A stretch of DNA of 63,328 bases, the filler included, from Craspedostauros australis (Eukaryota), in the NCBI GenBank assembly GCA_030167865.1. It is 12 parts of 12 records of this genome, joined end to end, with 100 filler letters (N's around TTAATTAATTAA, not from the genome) between each part and the next. Parts side by side here need not be neighbours in the genome. Positions count along the whole stretch, not along the records: positions 16,825 to 44,593 come from JALAGF010000957.1; positions 44,694 to 46,420 come from JALAGF010000959.1; 10 more parts are not named here. One strand, given 5' to 3'. Under the pieces are notes generated by a model. That model was not told where the DNA came from, searched no databases, and saw nothing but the letters and a program-made list of their open reading frames with translations. Position 1 is the stretch's first letter, and the number at the start of each line of letters is the position of its first letter. Positions 35,719 through 46,520 of this stretch are shown here, in pieces. The translations under genes were made by a program, and so were the position numbers.

Positions 35719-38184
35719 ATGATGGCGCACGTGCGGCGACGGAGGATTCGAGACACCGTGGCTTGGGCATTCATTTGCTGCGTCCTGTTCTGTGTTCCGC
35801 ATGAAGCCTTTCGTCCATCCAACAGCAATTGCAACAACAGGGTGGCGGCATTACCAACAGATTGGATAAGATATCTACAATCGCATACCCATCGGGCTTG
35901 CACCCGCCGGACTTTCACCTCCCATGACACCCCGTTGAGATCCGCAACCGTGCCTGCGGAGGATGCCGTCGGACAGATCGCATCACCGGCCCAAGCCAAG
36001 AGCGTCAGCGTCGACCCGGGCCGTCCAGCCCATGTCTGCAAGTACTGCGGTTCATCGTTTGGTAGCCGCAACGCGATGTTCCGGCACATTCGATCAGACT
36101 TCAAATGCTCCGCTCTCTCTTCCATGGGCGACCTGAACTACGTCAAGCATTCCCTTGCATTTGAATTTGGGTACGTTCCAACCAACGCAACGGTCACATC
36201 ATCAGCTGTGTCGATCGCGCAGCAAGCAACAGCATCGATCCAATCGCTGTTAGTCGCAACGCTGCAAAACTTCACCCAGTCGCACTTCAATGCCACTGTG
36301 GAGGACTGCCAACGTGAGATCAAGTTCGTCAGCAGCACGCAATCCAGCGTTGCCAGACTTCGGCATCGAGTCCTGTCACAGGATCAGACGTACTCTGCAA
36401 GTGCGGATGTGCTCGTCGTGAGTGTCACTGCGCCCGATGCAATGAACACCGCGTTATGGCGGGCAGTGTTTGATCGGATGACTGAGCAGCTCCAAGCACA
36501 ATCGTCGTTATCGTCGTCGCAGTCACGTCTCAATATCTTTGGCGGCATCATCAATAGCACCGCTGCGATTGCCATCAGCATCAACAACTTCAAAGTATTG
36601 AAAGACCACATCAACGTGGAACAAGCATGTACGCAACGCAAGTACCATTACCTCATGCCTCTGCGTTGGCTGCCCAACGGCACGCAGATCGAGGATTGGT
36701 GGAACAACGATGAAGAACTGATCCTGCCCGGCCAGAAATTCAAAAAGGCCACCGCATCGCCAGAATCACTGCGGAAGTTCAGAGACGCCTTGCGATTGGC
36801 GGCAGGTTCGCGGGATGATAATGCCACGATCGCTTCTTGCGCAGATGGTCTCGTCACAGCCGAACCTGAAGAGAATGGCAACGGTGGCCACCCACCTGAC
36901 ATGGCAGCGACGACAGCAGCGGATTCACGTCGACTATCGGCACGGCGGTTTGGTGCACTGAGCTTTCGAGAACGTCGCCCATGGCATAACTTTGCCGATC
37001 CCACGCTTTGCGGTGAGATCAGCCCAAGCACGGACCCAGTGTGGAAGGCCGTTGATAGAGCGAGGATCGTGGAGTTCATTTCCCTCAATGATACAGGCAC
37101 AGTGGTTGCCGTTCTTGAGATAAATGGCGAAGACTTCCTGCCACAGCAGGTCGAACGAATTGTCGGAACGGCAATAGCAATGGCGCATGGCTGGTTGTCG
37201 ACTGATTTTTGGGACAAGGCGACAAGCCCCAATCTTGTTGTGTCCACTCCAATGGCTCCTGCAGGATTCACATACATGGCCGGCTGCCGATTCCATTTTG
37301 AAGAAATGAGAAACAAAGGCCGCCATCTATTTGATTCGAACGTCACAGGCGATGTGATGTCAAATAGCATCGATGCACAGCGTTGGACACGGCGTCGCTT
37401 GCTCCAGCGCACAGAACTACGCATGCTGCAGTCCGACCATTGGATTGATGACGTGCGGGACACTATCATACCGATCATCCGAGACCAATTGAGAGCGTTG
37501 GATGGAGTCAGCATGCCAAATGTGCGGCTCGCAGCCAAGAAAAGTCCTGCGCCACTTGAATACGAACAAGTTCTGTCTCGACTGCGTAACATCGTCCAAA
37601 CGGGCTCATGGCCCGATACATCGCTCGCAAGATCCACAATCATCCGCGATAGCCCTTCAGCCGCAGACGAACCAGTAGAAGTCTCACCGGAAATCTCGGC
37701 AGAATTCTCAGCAACACGAGGCAGTAGCTCAAATGGCGATGCACATCGCAACGGATCGTTTACGGTCGTCAACATCAAGGACTTTCCACATCTCACGTAC
37801 ATCCCGACCGCCAACTCGATCTTCCCTGACTTGGCACAGCTCATTTTCCAATTGGAATGCAGCCTCTCCAATCAAAGACGACATCGCCTCACAATGGCCG
37901 GCTCGAGCCAAGACGAAGACCCGCGGCCCCCGTCCTCCCATTGCGCAGTCAACTGCAACGCGCAGTTCACACCGCATGTAGACAGCGGTGTCGGCGCAGG
38001 ACAGAGCCTGTCCATGATCGTTGGCTTGGGGGATTACGACGATGGTGAGCTGTTCGTGGAAGGCACCAAGCATGACATCCGGTACAAACCATTGGAGTTC
38101 GACGGATGGAAGCTGAGGCATTGGACGGATCGGTTTGATGGGGAACGATTCTCATTGGTATGGTTTATGCCGAAGGACAGATAA
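35719..38184 (+). CDS. C2H2 zinc finger + TruA-like pseudouridine synthase + C-terminal 2OG-Fe(II) oxygenase-like fusion; signal peptide
   Basis: CKYCGSSFGSRNAMFRHIR; ACTQRKYHYLMP; WHNF; NGEDFLPQQVERIVG; TPMAP; HVD...RHWT...RFSLVWF. Confidence 0.75.
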   Translation: MMAHVRRRRIRDTVAWAFICCVLFCVPHEAFRPSNSNCNNRVAALPTDWIRYLQSHTHRACTRRTFTSHDTPLRSATVPAEDAVGQIASPAQAKSVSVDPGRPAHVCKYCGSSFGSRNAMFRHIRSDFKCSALSSMGDLNYVKHSLAFEFGYVPTNATVTSSAVSIAQQATASIQSLLVATLQNFTQSHFNATVEDCQREIKFVSSTQSSVARLRHRVLSQDQTYSASADVLVVSVTAPDAMNTALWRAVFDRMTEQLQAQSSLSSSQSRLNIFGGIINSTAAIAISINNFKVLKDHINVEQACTQRKYHYLMPLRWLPNGTQIEDWWNNDEELILPGQKFKKATASPESLRKFRDALRLAAGSRDDNATIASCADGLVTAEPEENGNGGHPPDMAATTAADSRRLSARRFGALSFRERRPWHNFADPTLCGEISPSTDPVWKAVDRARIVEFISLNDTGTVVAVLEINGEDFLPQQVERIVGTAIAMAHGWLSTDFWDKATSPNLVVSTPMAPAGFTYMAGCRFHFEEMRNKGRHLFDSNVTGDVMSNSIDAQRWTRRRLLQRTELRMLQSDHWIDDVRDTIIPIIRDQLRALDGVSMPNVRLAAKKSPAPLEYEQVLSRLRNIVQTGSWPDTSLARSTIIRDSPSAADEPVEVSPEISAEFSATRGSSSNGDAHRNGSFTVVNIKDFPHLTYIPTANSIFPDLAQLIFQLECSLSNQRRHRLTMAGSSQDEDPRPPSSHCAVNCNAQFTPHVDSGVGAGQSLSMIVGLGDYDDGELFVEGTKHDIRYKPLEFDGWKLRHWTDRFDGERFSLVWFMPKDR

Positions 38185-38294
38185 TAAGGAGGTTGGATGG
38201 CAGCATGTGCAATATGTCGACAACGGTAGGAGAAACGGCAGAACTGGTCTACTGATGATAGAGCCCGAAGCACACACACACTCCCTCGAAAGTA

Positions 38295-38508
38295 GTGCCT
38301 CAAAGAGTCAGACCCCAAAAATTGGCTACAGATTTTGGATCCATTTTTCCCGATCTCAGACTTGACTTTGTGGACACTCAATCAAATATCTCTTTACATC
38401 TACGTAAACTTAAGAGACAGGGCTATCCAGGAAAGTAATAACATTATCTTGTTGTTACTACTATCTCGTCGATCTTGATGTGTTTGTTGACCCCCTTGGT
38501 GTGTTTTG
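38295..38508 (-). repeat. Dispersed repeat, copy 2 (inverted relative to 17301-17534)
   Basis: Reverse-complement match with substitutions and small indels. Confidence 0.85.
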
Positions 38509-39306
38509 TTCGGGACTTACGTAGAGACTGTACCACGATCTACACGCCATTTATTGTATCCGATTGTAGCCAACTGGAACCAAAAACGTTGGTTACAGCT
38601 GGCTTTTCAAGGCACTAGGAGATGGCACTAACAGCTATGGAATAAGAGTTGGGGACAACCATGTCACCAACTAAGATGGTATTGCATCCAACTCTACTTG
38701 CAGGGAAAGGCATGGAATCGAAGGGAAACTGTTGATCCTGAGCTCAAGGCACGAGCCATTTACCTCTCACGTCGCCTCTGCAGTGCTGTGTACGATTCAG
38801 CTGTTGGTGCCCTGTCTAACGCCCAATTAACTGGAAATAACGCTCACGTCTCTTTGGCGTGGACTACTCTGCTGTGCTATCTCGAAAGGCATACTATCAG
38901 GGTCCGTCGGGCGTGCTTCTTTCTATTCCACACGAACTTGATTTTCTGAATTGGTAGTTCCTCCGCAGCTTTTGAGAATGGCTGAACGGCAACAACAGAG
39001 CGTGCCGTGCCTGTAATCGCATTTATCTTTGCGGATTTGCCGCCTCAATTTTGGGTTTCATGTGTTGATGCCCCTTGCGCGAACAGAACCGAACAGCAGA
39101 GCCAAGGAGCACGCCTCCGAGAGACCAATGTCGGGACAGTTGCTGGCGAGGAGAAAAGCAATCGAGAGTGATCACGTGCTATTCAATAATATTATATTAT
39201 TACAAAATAGAACAGAAGAGGAGGTACTCGTAGCACAAACCTTCAGCCACCCAACCAACTGAACAATCAACTGAGCACGCTGCGAGGACTGACCCTCCAT
39301 TTCCCA

Positions 39307-40611
39307 ATGTCAGGAGTGAACACGAGGACGACAATGGACGATGACGATGCAAGTACGAGAGAGAACAGCAGACTGATGCAGGCACTGATGCTGTCATTGC
39401 CGTCGTTTCTGTCAAGGAAGAACATCATCATCATTCTGCTGCTGTACGTCATCTTCGCAAGAGAAGCGAGAGATACGAATCGGATTGACACCCCTGCTTC
39501 CAATGGTACATTCGCGGATGCTGCTGATGCTCACGTGGATGAATCATCGCGGATCTCTACTCGTGCGCTGGATACGAATGGGGTGAAGGCAGCAGCGGGA
39601 GATATGCCATCACCGCCACCACTGCAGGAGACGGCAGCTCCCTTCTTCCAACAACGACAAAGGGACCACTTGAACCGAGAAACTGGCCACATACCTCTCC
39701 AAGAGCTCGTCATGACCAGTAACTTCAAAGCAGAAATGTGTCCGGAGGGAACGACCTTCATCAACAGCACCTTCATTAATCCAACTTCTGCAACGGGCGA
39801 GCCGAACGCAACGCTTCCACCACGCAAGATCCCGAGAATCGTCCATATCACCGCAAGGATACCATGTATGAGGCCGTCATTGGACAAGTTCATGCAGAGA
39901 TGGCACCTTGAAGGCCACTCCTTCGCATTTCATGATGAAGTGGCAGTGGATCGATTGTTGGGCAAGTTCTGCCCAGAATTCCCAAGCCTGCAGTCTCTCC
40001 AAGAATGTCTTGCAAAGGGTGCCAGGAAGGCCGATCTATGGAAATATCTCGTGCTCTACGAGTACGGTGGGATACATGCCGATGTGGACGTTGCTCCAGG
40101 AGAAAGCTTCTTGGGAGATGGTGCCATCCAGCCACAAGATGACGCTTATGGTGTTGTGGCAGAGGAAGGGTGTCTTGCCCCGTACTTCATCGCAACCTCG
40201 CCGCGCCATCCGATCATGTTCTTCTCTCTCCATGTAGCATTGGCGCAGTTGTACGAGGTTAGGTCAGTGATACACCAGAACGGACGTAGTATCACTGGCC
40301 AGAAGGCCATGCAACTTGGTGCCATGTCGTTTGTGCAACGTGGGGATCTGTCTCCATTGACAGCAGGACTTCATGTGGGCGTCAATAACCGCACAATGCG
40401 CGTGGTGGGGAATCAGAGCACCACGGAGAGCTTCATCGAGCGCAATTCGCCTGGCCAGGCCGACAGGGCTCGAGATTCTGCAGAGCTTGGGGTTGCATCC
40501 TTTCATGCGCCTACGAGGCACGTGCCGAAAAACGAGCCAAATTGGCTGCTGCGGTCCTGCAGGGTAATGCTGCACGAGATCGCCAAAAACCAACGAAGTC
40601 CGCTGCACTGA
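39307..40611 (+). CDS. Glycosyltransferase family 32 (DXD sugar-binding), paralog A
   Basis: N-terminal TM; KIPRIVHIT; KADLWKYLVLYEYGGIHADVD. Confidence 0.88.
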   Translation: MSGVNTRTTMDDDDASTRENSRLMQALMLSLPSFLSRKNIIIILLLYVIFAREARDTNRIDTPASNGTFADAADAHVDESSRISTRALDTNGVKAAAGDMPSPPPLQETAAPFFQQRQRDHLNRETGHIPLQELVMTSNFKAEMCPEGTTFINSTFINPTSATGEPNATLPPRKIPRIVHITARIPCMRPSLDKFMQRWHLEGHSFAFHDEVAVDRLLGKFCPEFPSLQSLQECLAKGARKADLWKYLVLYEYGGIHADVDVAPGESFLGDGAIQPQDDAYGVVAEEGCLAPYFIATSPRHPIMFFSLHVALAQLYEVRSVIHQNGRSITGQKAMQLGAMSFVQRGDLSPLTAGLHVGVNNRTMRVVGNQSTTESFIERNSPGQADRARDSAELGVASFHAPTRHVPKNEPNWLLRSCRVMLHEIAKNQRSPLH

Positions 40612-40846
40612 TCTTAGTCGTTGCACAGGTACCTTGGACGGCGCAAAGAGTGGTCTCTCTCTCTCTATTGATATTCTTCGACGATGTAGGATGATGGATC
40701 ATGACTCGTCATACACATGTACTCTAGACAGGGTCCTCACATACTCGTAAACACCTACTACTCTATTCTCTAGTTTACTCAACAGAACTTGCAAAATGTA
40801 CATTGACCGACCATACTGCGATCATTCACGCGATTGCGTCACCATG

Positions 40847-42685
40847 CTATATCTCGCTGGGCTTTGTCTGTGATGCCAGCGTTGCGACAGCAGCAGCAGC
40901 AGTAGTGTCTGCGCCACTGGACGGTTTGAGTTGGATGCCATGCTTCGGCAATGCCACAACACTCGCTGACGCGAATGCGCTGTCTTTGTTCACCTCCTGC
41001 CGTGCTGTCTCGTATTTCCCGGCCAGGAGATATGACAACAGCGACAGGCAGAAATACACCGCCAGTGTCGCCACGCTGATTTGCTGCGACACACCAGCCT
41101 CGTTCATGGCGGTGAATACCAAGGGCGGGATCCACGACAGGACCTGCCCGCTGAACAGAAAGAAGCCCATCATCTCGGCGTCGCGACCCGGCGGAATGAT
41201 GCTCGACGCCACCAGACGATCGCAGGTCCATTTCCACCCGGTGCCCACGCCCCAGAAGAACGCCAGCAGATATGTCTCGTTCTGTTGCTCAGGTCCGCTG
41301 AGGAAAGCGCCGACGAGCAGCGTGACCGTGATGAGGAGACACAGCGCAGCGATCGATGAGCGGAAGGGGTCCGTTCGGGTTGTAACCTTGTTCGAGACAA
41401 AGCCGCCCGGTACACTGCCCAGCAGCATGCAGAGTATGGCGACTCCATTCTCCTGCCCCGTGAACTGCAGCTTGTCGGTCATGTAGGTGATAGCGACGGT
41501 GGCCAGCGCCTGTATGGCAGAATCCGACCATGCGATGGCCAGGTAGAACCACCTCAGAGCGCGCTGGTTCTTGACAATGTGGCTCATGGTGTTGCCAATC
41601 TCCACGAACCCTGCCGTCCAAATGGACTTCCCTGGCTCCAGCACATGCAACGTGGGCCTCGGTTGGAAGAGTGGCCCCCAAGCTGCGGACAAGAGGATGA
41701 CGTTGACTATGAAGGCAACGATCATGCCAACCATTGCGGTGACAACATCGTTGTCGCCATATCCTGCGATGGCAACGCCCGCAATAACTGCTCCCAAGTA
41801 GACAACCATCGCGGAGAACGACGTGACTGTGAAGTTCTTGGTGTAATCATTCATCCGCATCTCGTCATCCGGCGACAGTTCCGGAAGGTAAGCGTACGTG
41901 ATGGAGGTTTGCATCCATCCGACAAGGGATAGGACGACCTGAAGGATGGCGACTGCCAACCAGGTGTCTTCCGAGATGAAGATCTGCGGAATCAGCAACA
42001 GGCAGAAGATTATGGACGTCACGCGACCCACCAGCAATCGATGGTCCGTGTAATCGACGATGGCGCCGATCAAGGGCAGTAGCGTGGCGGATGTCACGCC
42101 GATGACCATGGTGTAGGTCGTCAACAACGAAGATGGCTTGATCCCGTAAACAGTGCCGTGACATTCTGGAATCTTGTTCTCGCCTTCCGGGATCTCCGTC
42201 TCGCACCCTGCAGCTTCCGTGGCAATGCGAAGAAGCGCCGTGCCGAGGAACGCACCAGATCCAATGAAGGAAACAGAGCGGCCGATGCCATCCAGCGCCC
42301 ATGCCAGCGCCTCACGGTTGCCATGATACAAAGGCCTTCCGCGATAGTGTGGGTACCATGACGGGAGAGGCTTCGTACACATGTTTTTCAACAGCGCTGT
42401 GGACTGCGTGGTGGTGGTGCGTATGGTGACTGTGGTGGTCGACGAGCCCGCCGGAATTGGTTCCGTCGCCGCCGCGGATGTGGGCGGCGCTGCTGCTGTT
42501 GATGATGTTGCTGATGATGTTGCTGCTGATGTTGCTGCTGATGATGATGTTTCTGATGCTCCTGCTCCTACTTGTGTGTCTTCTGGTTGTGCTGTGCCAG
42601 ATAGCATCGCAACAGTTCTCGATTGTTGTTCTGTGCGCAGATGTGATGGAAGCGATGGAGGCGGTTGAGCATGGGATGATGGCAT
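40847..42685 (-). CDS. MFS transporter, ATG22/UMF1-like
   Basis: Multiple TM helices; EALAWALDG; PLIGAIVDYT; YAYLPEL; IPPGRDAEMMGFF. Confidence 0.8.
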   Translation of the reverse strand: MPSSHAQPPPSLPSHLRTEQQSRTVAMLSGTAQPEDTQVGAGASETSSSAATSAATSSATSSTAAAPPTSAAATEPIPAGSSTTTVTIRTTTTQSTALLKNMCTKPLPSWYPHYRGRPLYHGNREALAWALDGIGRSVSFIGSGAFLGTALLRIATEAAGCETEIPEGENKIPECHGTVYGIKPSSLLTTYTMVIGVTSATLLPLIGAIVDYTDHRLLVGRVTSIIFCLLLIPQIFISEDTWLAVAILQVVLSLVGWMQTSITYAYLPELSPDDEMRMNDYTKNFTVTSFSAMVVYLGAVIAGVAIAGYGDNDVVTAMVGMIVAFIVNVILLSAAWGPLFQPRPTLHVLEPGKSIWTAGFVEIGNTMSHIVKNQRALRWFYLAIAWSDSAIQALATVAITYMTDKLQFTGQENGVAILCMLLGSVPGGFVSNKVTTRTDPFRSSIAALCLLITVTLLVGAFLSGPEQQNETYLLAFFWGVGTGWKWTCDRLVASSIIPPGRDAEMMGFFLFSGQVLSWIPPLVFTAMNEAGVSQQISVATLAVYFCLSLLSYLLAGKYETARQEVNKDSAFASASVVALPKHGIQLKPSSGADTTAAAAVATLASQTKPSEI

Positions 42686-43293
42686 GATGGTCGAATCGAT
42701 GCTTTCCTTCCGAATGAGTTGCCTTGCTGAATGGTTGGTCCGTTCCTCCTCTCCTCGCGCTCCCTTTCCTGTTGGTGTTCGTGGCTCTCAACTCTGACTC
42801 TCTTGCATCTAATTCTTACTCAGGCGCTGCACATGGGTGACATGATGTGAGATGTCATCATGGAGGTGCAAGGAGTGATCATGTTCCATCGAACACCAAA
42901 GAGCTCTGGTGTCACGCGAAGGTCTTCAACACCAAAAGGCTTGGACAGCACAGAAGCGAAGTCTGTGTGGTGGCGCAGCCACCCTCGTGCAGTCGTGACA
43001 TGAGTGTGAAAACACGACTGAATGAGATATTGCGTCTGACCAATTCGACCGCGAGTGTCAAAACGATGACGCCAACAAGAGCGGAAATTCCACAACGAAG
43101 CGCCGGCGCTGTGACGGAGACCTTTGGAGGGGGGTTGGAGGACTTGGCCAACGCACAAGTCATCAAGCTCTCCAATCCACAGATTTCGTGCGAGCACTCG
43201 CACAGCAATCTCCAATGTGGATGTTGCCTTGACGGCGGTGAATACAACAGCGCACAGAGTCATCGTATTTCCAACACATCAAAGAAGGGCAAG

Positions 43294-44568
43294 ATGGCGC
43301 GATCATCATCACGATCGCCGTCAACGCCGCTGTCGTCGTCGTCGTCGTCGTTCCTGGCAGGGAAGAACATCGTCATCATTCTGCTTCTATGCATTCTCTT
43401 CATCCGAGATGTGAGGGAGACCAATCGGACCAACCATTCTGATTTTGATGGCGTCCTCCCGACAATGATCGATTCTCGAATGGGTGAATCAGACGAGAGG
43501 TCTGTGAGTGAAACAGGCTCAAGCTCATCGACGCTACTGCCAGTAGAAGCGGTAGCCGGAGGAGGAGGAGATACACCACCACCATCACCACAAGGAATGG
43601 CAACGTCCATGCCCAAGCAACTTCGAGACCATCTCAACCGAGAAACACGGCACATACCCCTCCAAGAATTGGTGATGACCAGCAACTTCAAGCCAGAAAT
43701 GTGCCCGAATGGAACGACCTTCATCAACAGCACCTTCATCGATCCAACTTCTGCAACTGACACACTCAACGCAACGCTCCCCCCACGCAAGATCCCCAGG
43801 ATCGTCCACATCACCGCAAAGTTCCCATGCATGACACCTGCGTTCGAAAGGATCATGCAAAGATGGCACCTTGAAGGCCACTCTTTCGCATTCCACGATG
43901 AAGCAGCAGTTGATCGGCTACTGGGAAAGCTCTTTCCAGAATTCCCCAATCTGCACTTCTTCCGAGAATGCGTTGTGAGCGGTGCTGGCAAGGCTGATCT
44001 GTGGAGGTATCTCGTGCTGTACGAATACGGAGGGATATATTCCGACATGGACACCGCTCCAGGAAAGAGGTTCTTCCAAGATGGTGCCATCCAACCGGAG
44101 GATGATGCCTACGCTGTTGTATCGCGTGACAAGAAGCTCGCTCAGTACTTTGTTGCAGCATCGCCCAAGCATCCGATCATGTATTACTCCATTCACCAAG
44201 TGCTGAAACGGCTGTATGGCGTTGGTAGTGTGTTGAAACAGAACGTGCCTCATGTCACTGGTCCCGACGCCATGAGAGCTGGCGTCCGTGACTTCTCGAA
44301 AGGCTCGACACCGATGAAACCGGCGGAGGGAACTTACGTTGGACTGGACGGACGCACGCTACGCGTGGTGGGGTCGCGCAAAACCACTGAGGCTTTCATG
44401 AATCGATATGCTCTCACTTACAACGAGAAGACTGATGGGTATACGAAGCTGAACACTACGTCGTTCAAGGTGTTTGCGCGGTATTTGCAGGAAGAAGAAC
44501 GCAGTTGGTTGCAGCAACCTTGTAAGAATCTGCTTTTCAAGGTGGCAGACAGGCAACGCAGTCCGTAA
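43294..44568 (+). CDS. Glycosyltransferase family 32, paralog B
   Basis: KIPRIVHIT; GKADLWRYLVLYEYGGIYSDMD; VTGP. Extensive DNA similarity to 39307-40611. Confidence 0.88.
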   Translation: MARSSSRSPSTPLSSSSSSFLAGKNIVIILLLCILFIRDVRETNRTNHSDFDGVLPTMIDSRMGESDERSVSETGSSSSTLLPVEAVAGGGGDTPPPSPQGMATSMPKQLRDHLNRETRHIPLQELVMTSNFKPEMCPNGTTFINSTFIDPTSATDTLNATLPPRKIPRIVHITAKFPCMTPAFERIMQRWHLEGHSFAFHDEAAVDRLLGKLFPEFPNLHFFRECVVSGAGKADLWRYLVLYEYGGIYSDMDTAPGKRFFQDGAIQPEDDAYAVVSRDKKLAQYFVAASPKHPIMYYSIHQVLKRLYGVGSVLKQNVPHVTGPDAMRAGVRDFSKGSTPMKPAEGTYVGLDGRTLRVVGSRKTTEAFMNRYALTYNEKTDGYTKLNTTSFKVFARYLQEEERSWLQQPCKNLLFKVADRQRSP

Positions 44569-44693
44569 TGTTGATCGGGGGGCGTCGTGGATANNNNNNN
44601 NNNNNNNNNNNNNNNNNNNNNNNNNNNNNNNNNNNNNTTAATTAATTAANNNNNNNNNNNNNNNNNNNNNNNNNNNNNNNNNNNNNNNNNNNN

Positions 44694-46420
44694 ACGACGA
44701 GGTGAACCGCGACGAGTTGCCTCCTCCTCAAGCTGGGAGATACGAGAGAACGGGGACCTTCATTAATCGAGGCCAAGTCGAAACGAACCGCGGCGCGGCG
44801 CCGCCTCCTCCAGCGGTGGGGAACAACAGATCGGGCATCTTCGACGAGGATGACAGCGACGAATCCGAGGACAGCAATCATCCAGACGACAGCATCAATC
44901 CAAACGAACGTGTCGTCTACCCAGGGAACATCGACTTCCCACCAATCGAGGATCCCAACAGGTCCAACTACCTCCATCGTCATGACACCGTCCCNNNNNN
45001 NNNNNNNNNNNNNNNNNNNNNNNNNNNNNNNNNNNNNNNNNNNNNNNNNNNNNNNNNNNNNNNNNNNNNNNNNNNNNNNNNNNNNNNNNNNNNNNNNNNN
45101 NNNNNNNNNNNNAACATGATGGGATCCATCCTATCCGAGAACTTCAGATCGATTGAAGAGATTCTCGCCAATTCAGTTGTGATCAATCGCATACTGGAAG
45201 CAGCCGAGACAGAGACGATCCCAGAGACGGATCTTCATTACATCCTTGGAGGATGCATGCGTGTGCTCTTGCGCGAACGACCACGCGTCAACCCATATGA
45301 TCCAGCCACAGGATTGCATCGGAACACTACGATTCCATCGGACTACGCGCAATTACCCGATGACATGGATGACGGAGATCATCATCCTCCATACAACGAA
45401 GATGGAGTTCACGAAGACGACGATGATGGCAGCTTCGACGACGAGATAGCTGCGGCAGCTGTGGAGCAGCTCCACGAACTGAGCACCAAACACAAGGACA
45501 AGGTCAACAAGGACACCTGGCTTGCCGATAGCGGAGCTTCGTGTCACATCGTCAACTCGGACGCCGCTCTCTTCAACGTGCGGCACATCAAGTCCTTCGT
45601 CCAAGTGGGAGACAGCACGAAGCTGGACTCTCCCAAGATGGGATCCATTCACTTGAAAGTCAAACAGCGAGACAACACTGGCCATATCATCCGGCTCGAT
45701 GATGTGAAGTACACACCGAAAATGGCGGTGAACCTTTTTCTCCACGAATAAGGCTCTGTACAACGGTTACCAGCTTGGTAACAACGGCATTCTAATGGAC
45801 ATCATCAACGGATCCGGAACGAAGATCGTATTCGACCGAGTCTTCCCACATCCAACGGATTCATCACGGGAGTGCAGATGCATCCCATCATGCCAACAAA
45901 CGACGACAAGGCTTGCACAGCCCTCGTCAAGAACCCATCCAAGGAGATCAGCGTGGTGAACCTGCACCGAATGCTCGGCCACGCGCCACTCGAGACTATG
46001 AAGCGGACGGCCGCTCAATACGGATGGAAGATCATCGGCGAGATGCCGGTATGTCGCGACTGCGCGGTCGCGAACGCAAGAGTGAAGAANNNNNNNNNNN
46101 NNNNNNNNNNNNNNNNNNNNNNNNNNNNNNNNNNNNNNNNNNNNNNNNNNNNNTACACTAAACACATAAGCTTCGGAGATAAACGCTACTGGACCCTGAT
46201 TGTGGACGACTGCACGGATCACTGCTGGAGTTTCTTTCTCAAGAACAAGAGTGACCAACCAGGATACATCAAACGATTCGTTCAAACGATCAAGTCACAG
46301 ACTGGTGATCAACAGATCATCTTCCGAGGTGACAATAGCGGAGAGAACAAATCCACGCAGGATATTCTCATCGATGCAGGACTCAACGTGAAATTCGAAT
46401 TCACGGCATCGAACACGCCG
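44694..46420 (+). mobile_element. Ty1/Copia fragment (protease, GAG-pre-integrase, integrase N-terminal part)
   Basis: WLADSGASCH; LHRMLGH...CRDC; IVDDCT; RGDNSGE. Two compensating frameshifts near 45740 and 45847. Confidence 0.88.
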
Positions 46421-46520
46421 NNNNNNNNNNNNNNNNNNNNNNNNNNNNNNNNNNNNNNNNNNNNTTAATTAATTAANNNNNNNNNNNNNNNNNNNNNNNN
46501 NNNNNNNNNNNNNNNNNNNN

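Noticed and set aside
32391..38184. ITPase, DHS and TruA-like genes as an operon-like functional cluster
   Set aside because: Mixed orientations in a eukaryotic genome and probably different compartments. Adjacency alone is not evidence.
45735..45850. Programmed frameshifts in the Copia fragment
   Set aside because: Two compensating indels at homopolymer runs inside pol, best explained by sequencing error or decay.
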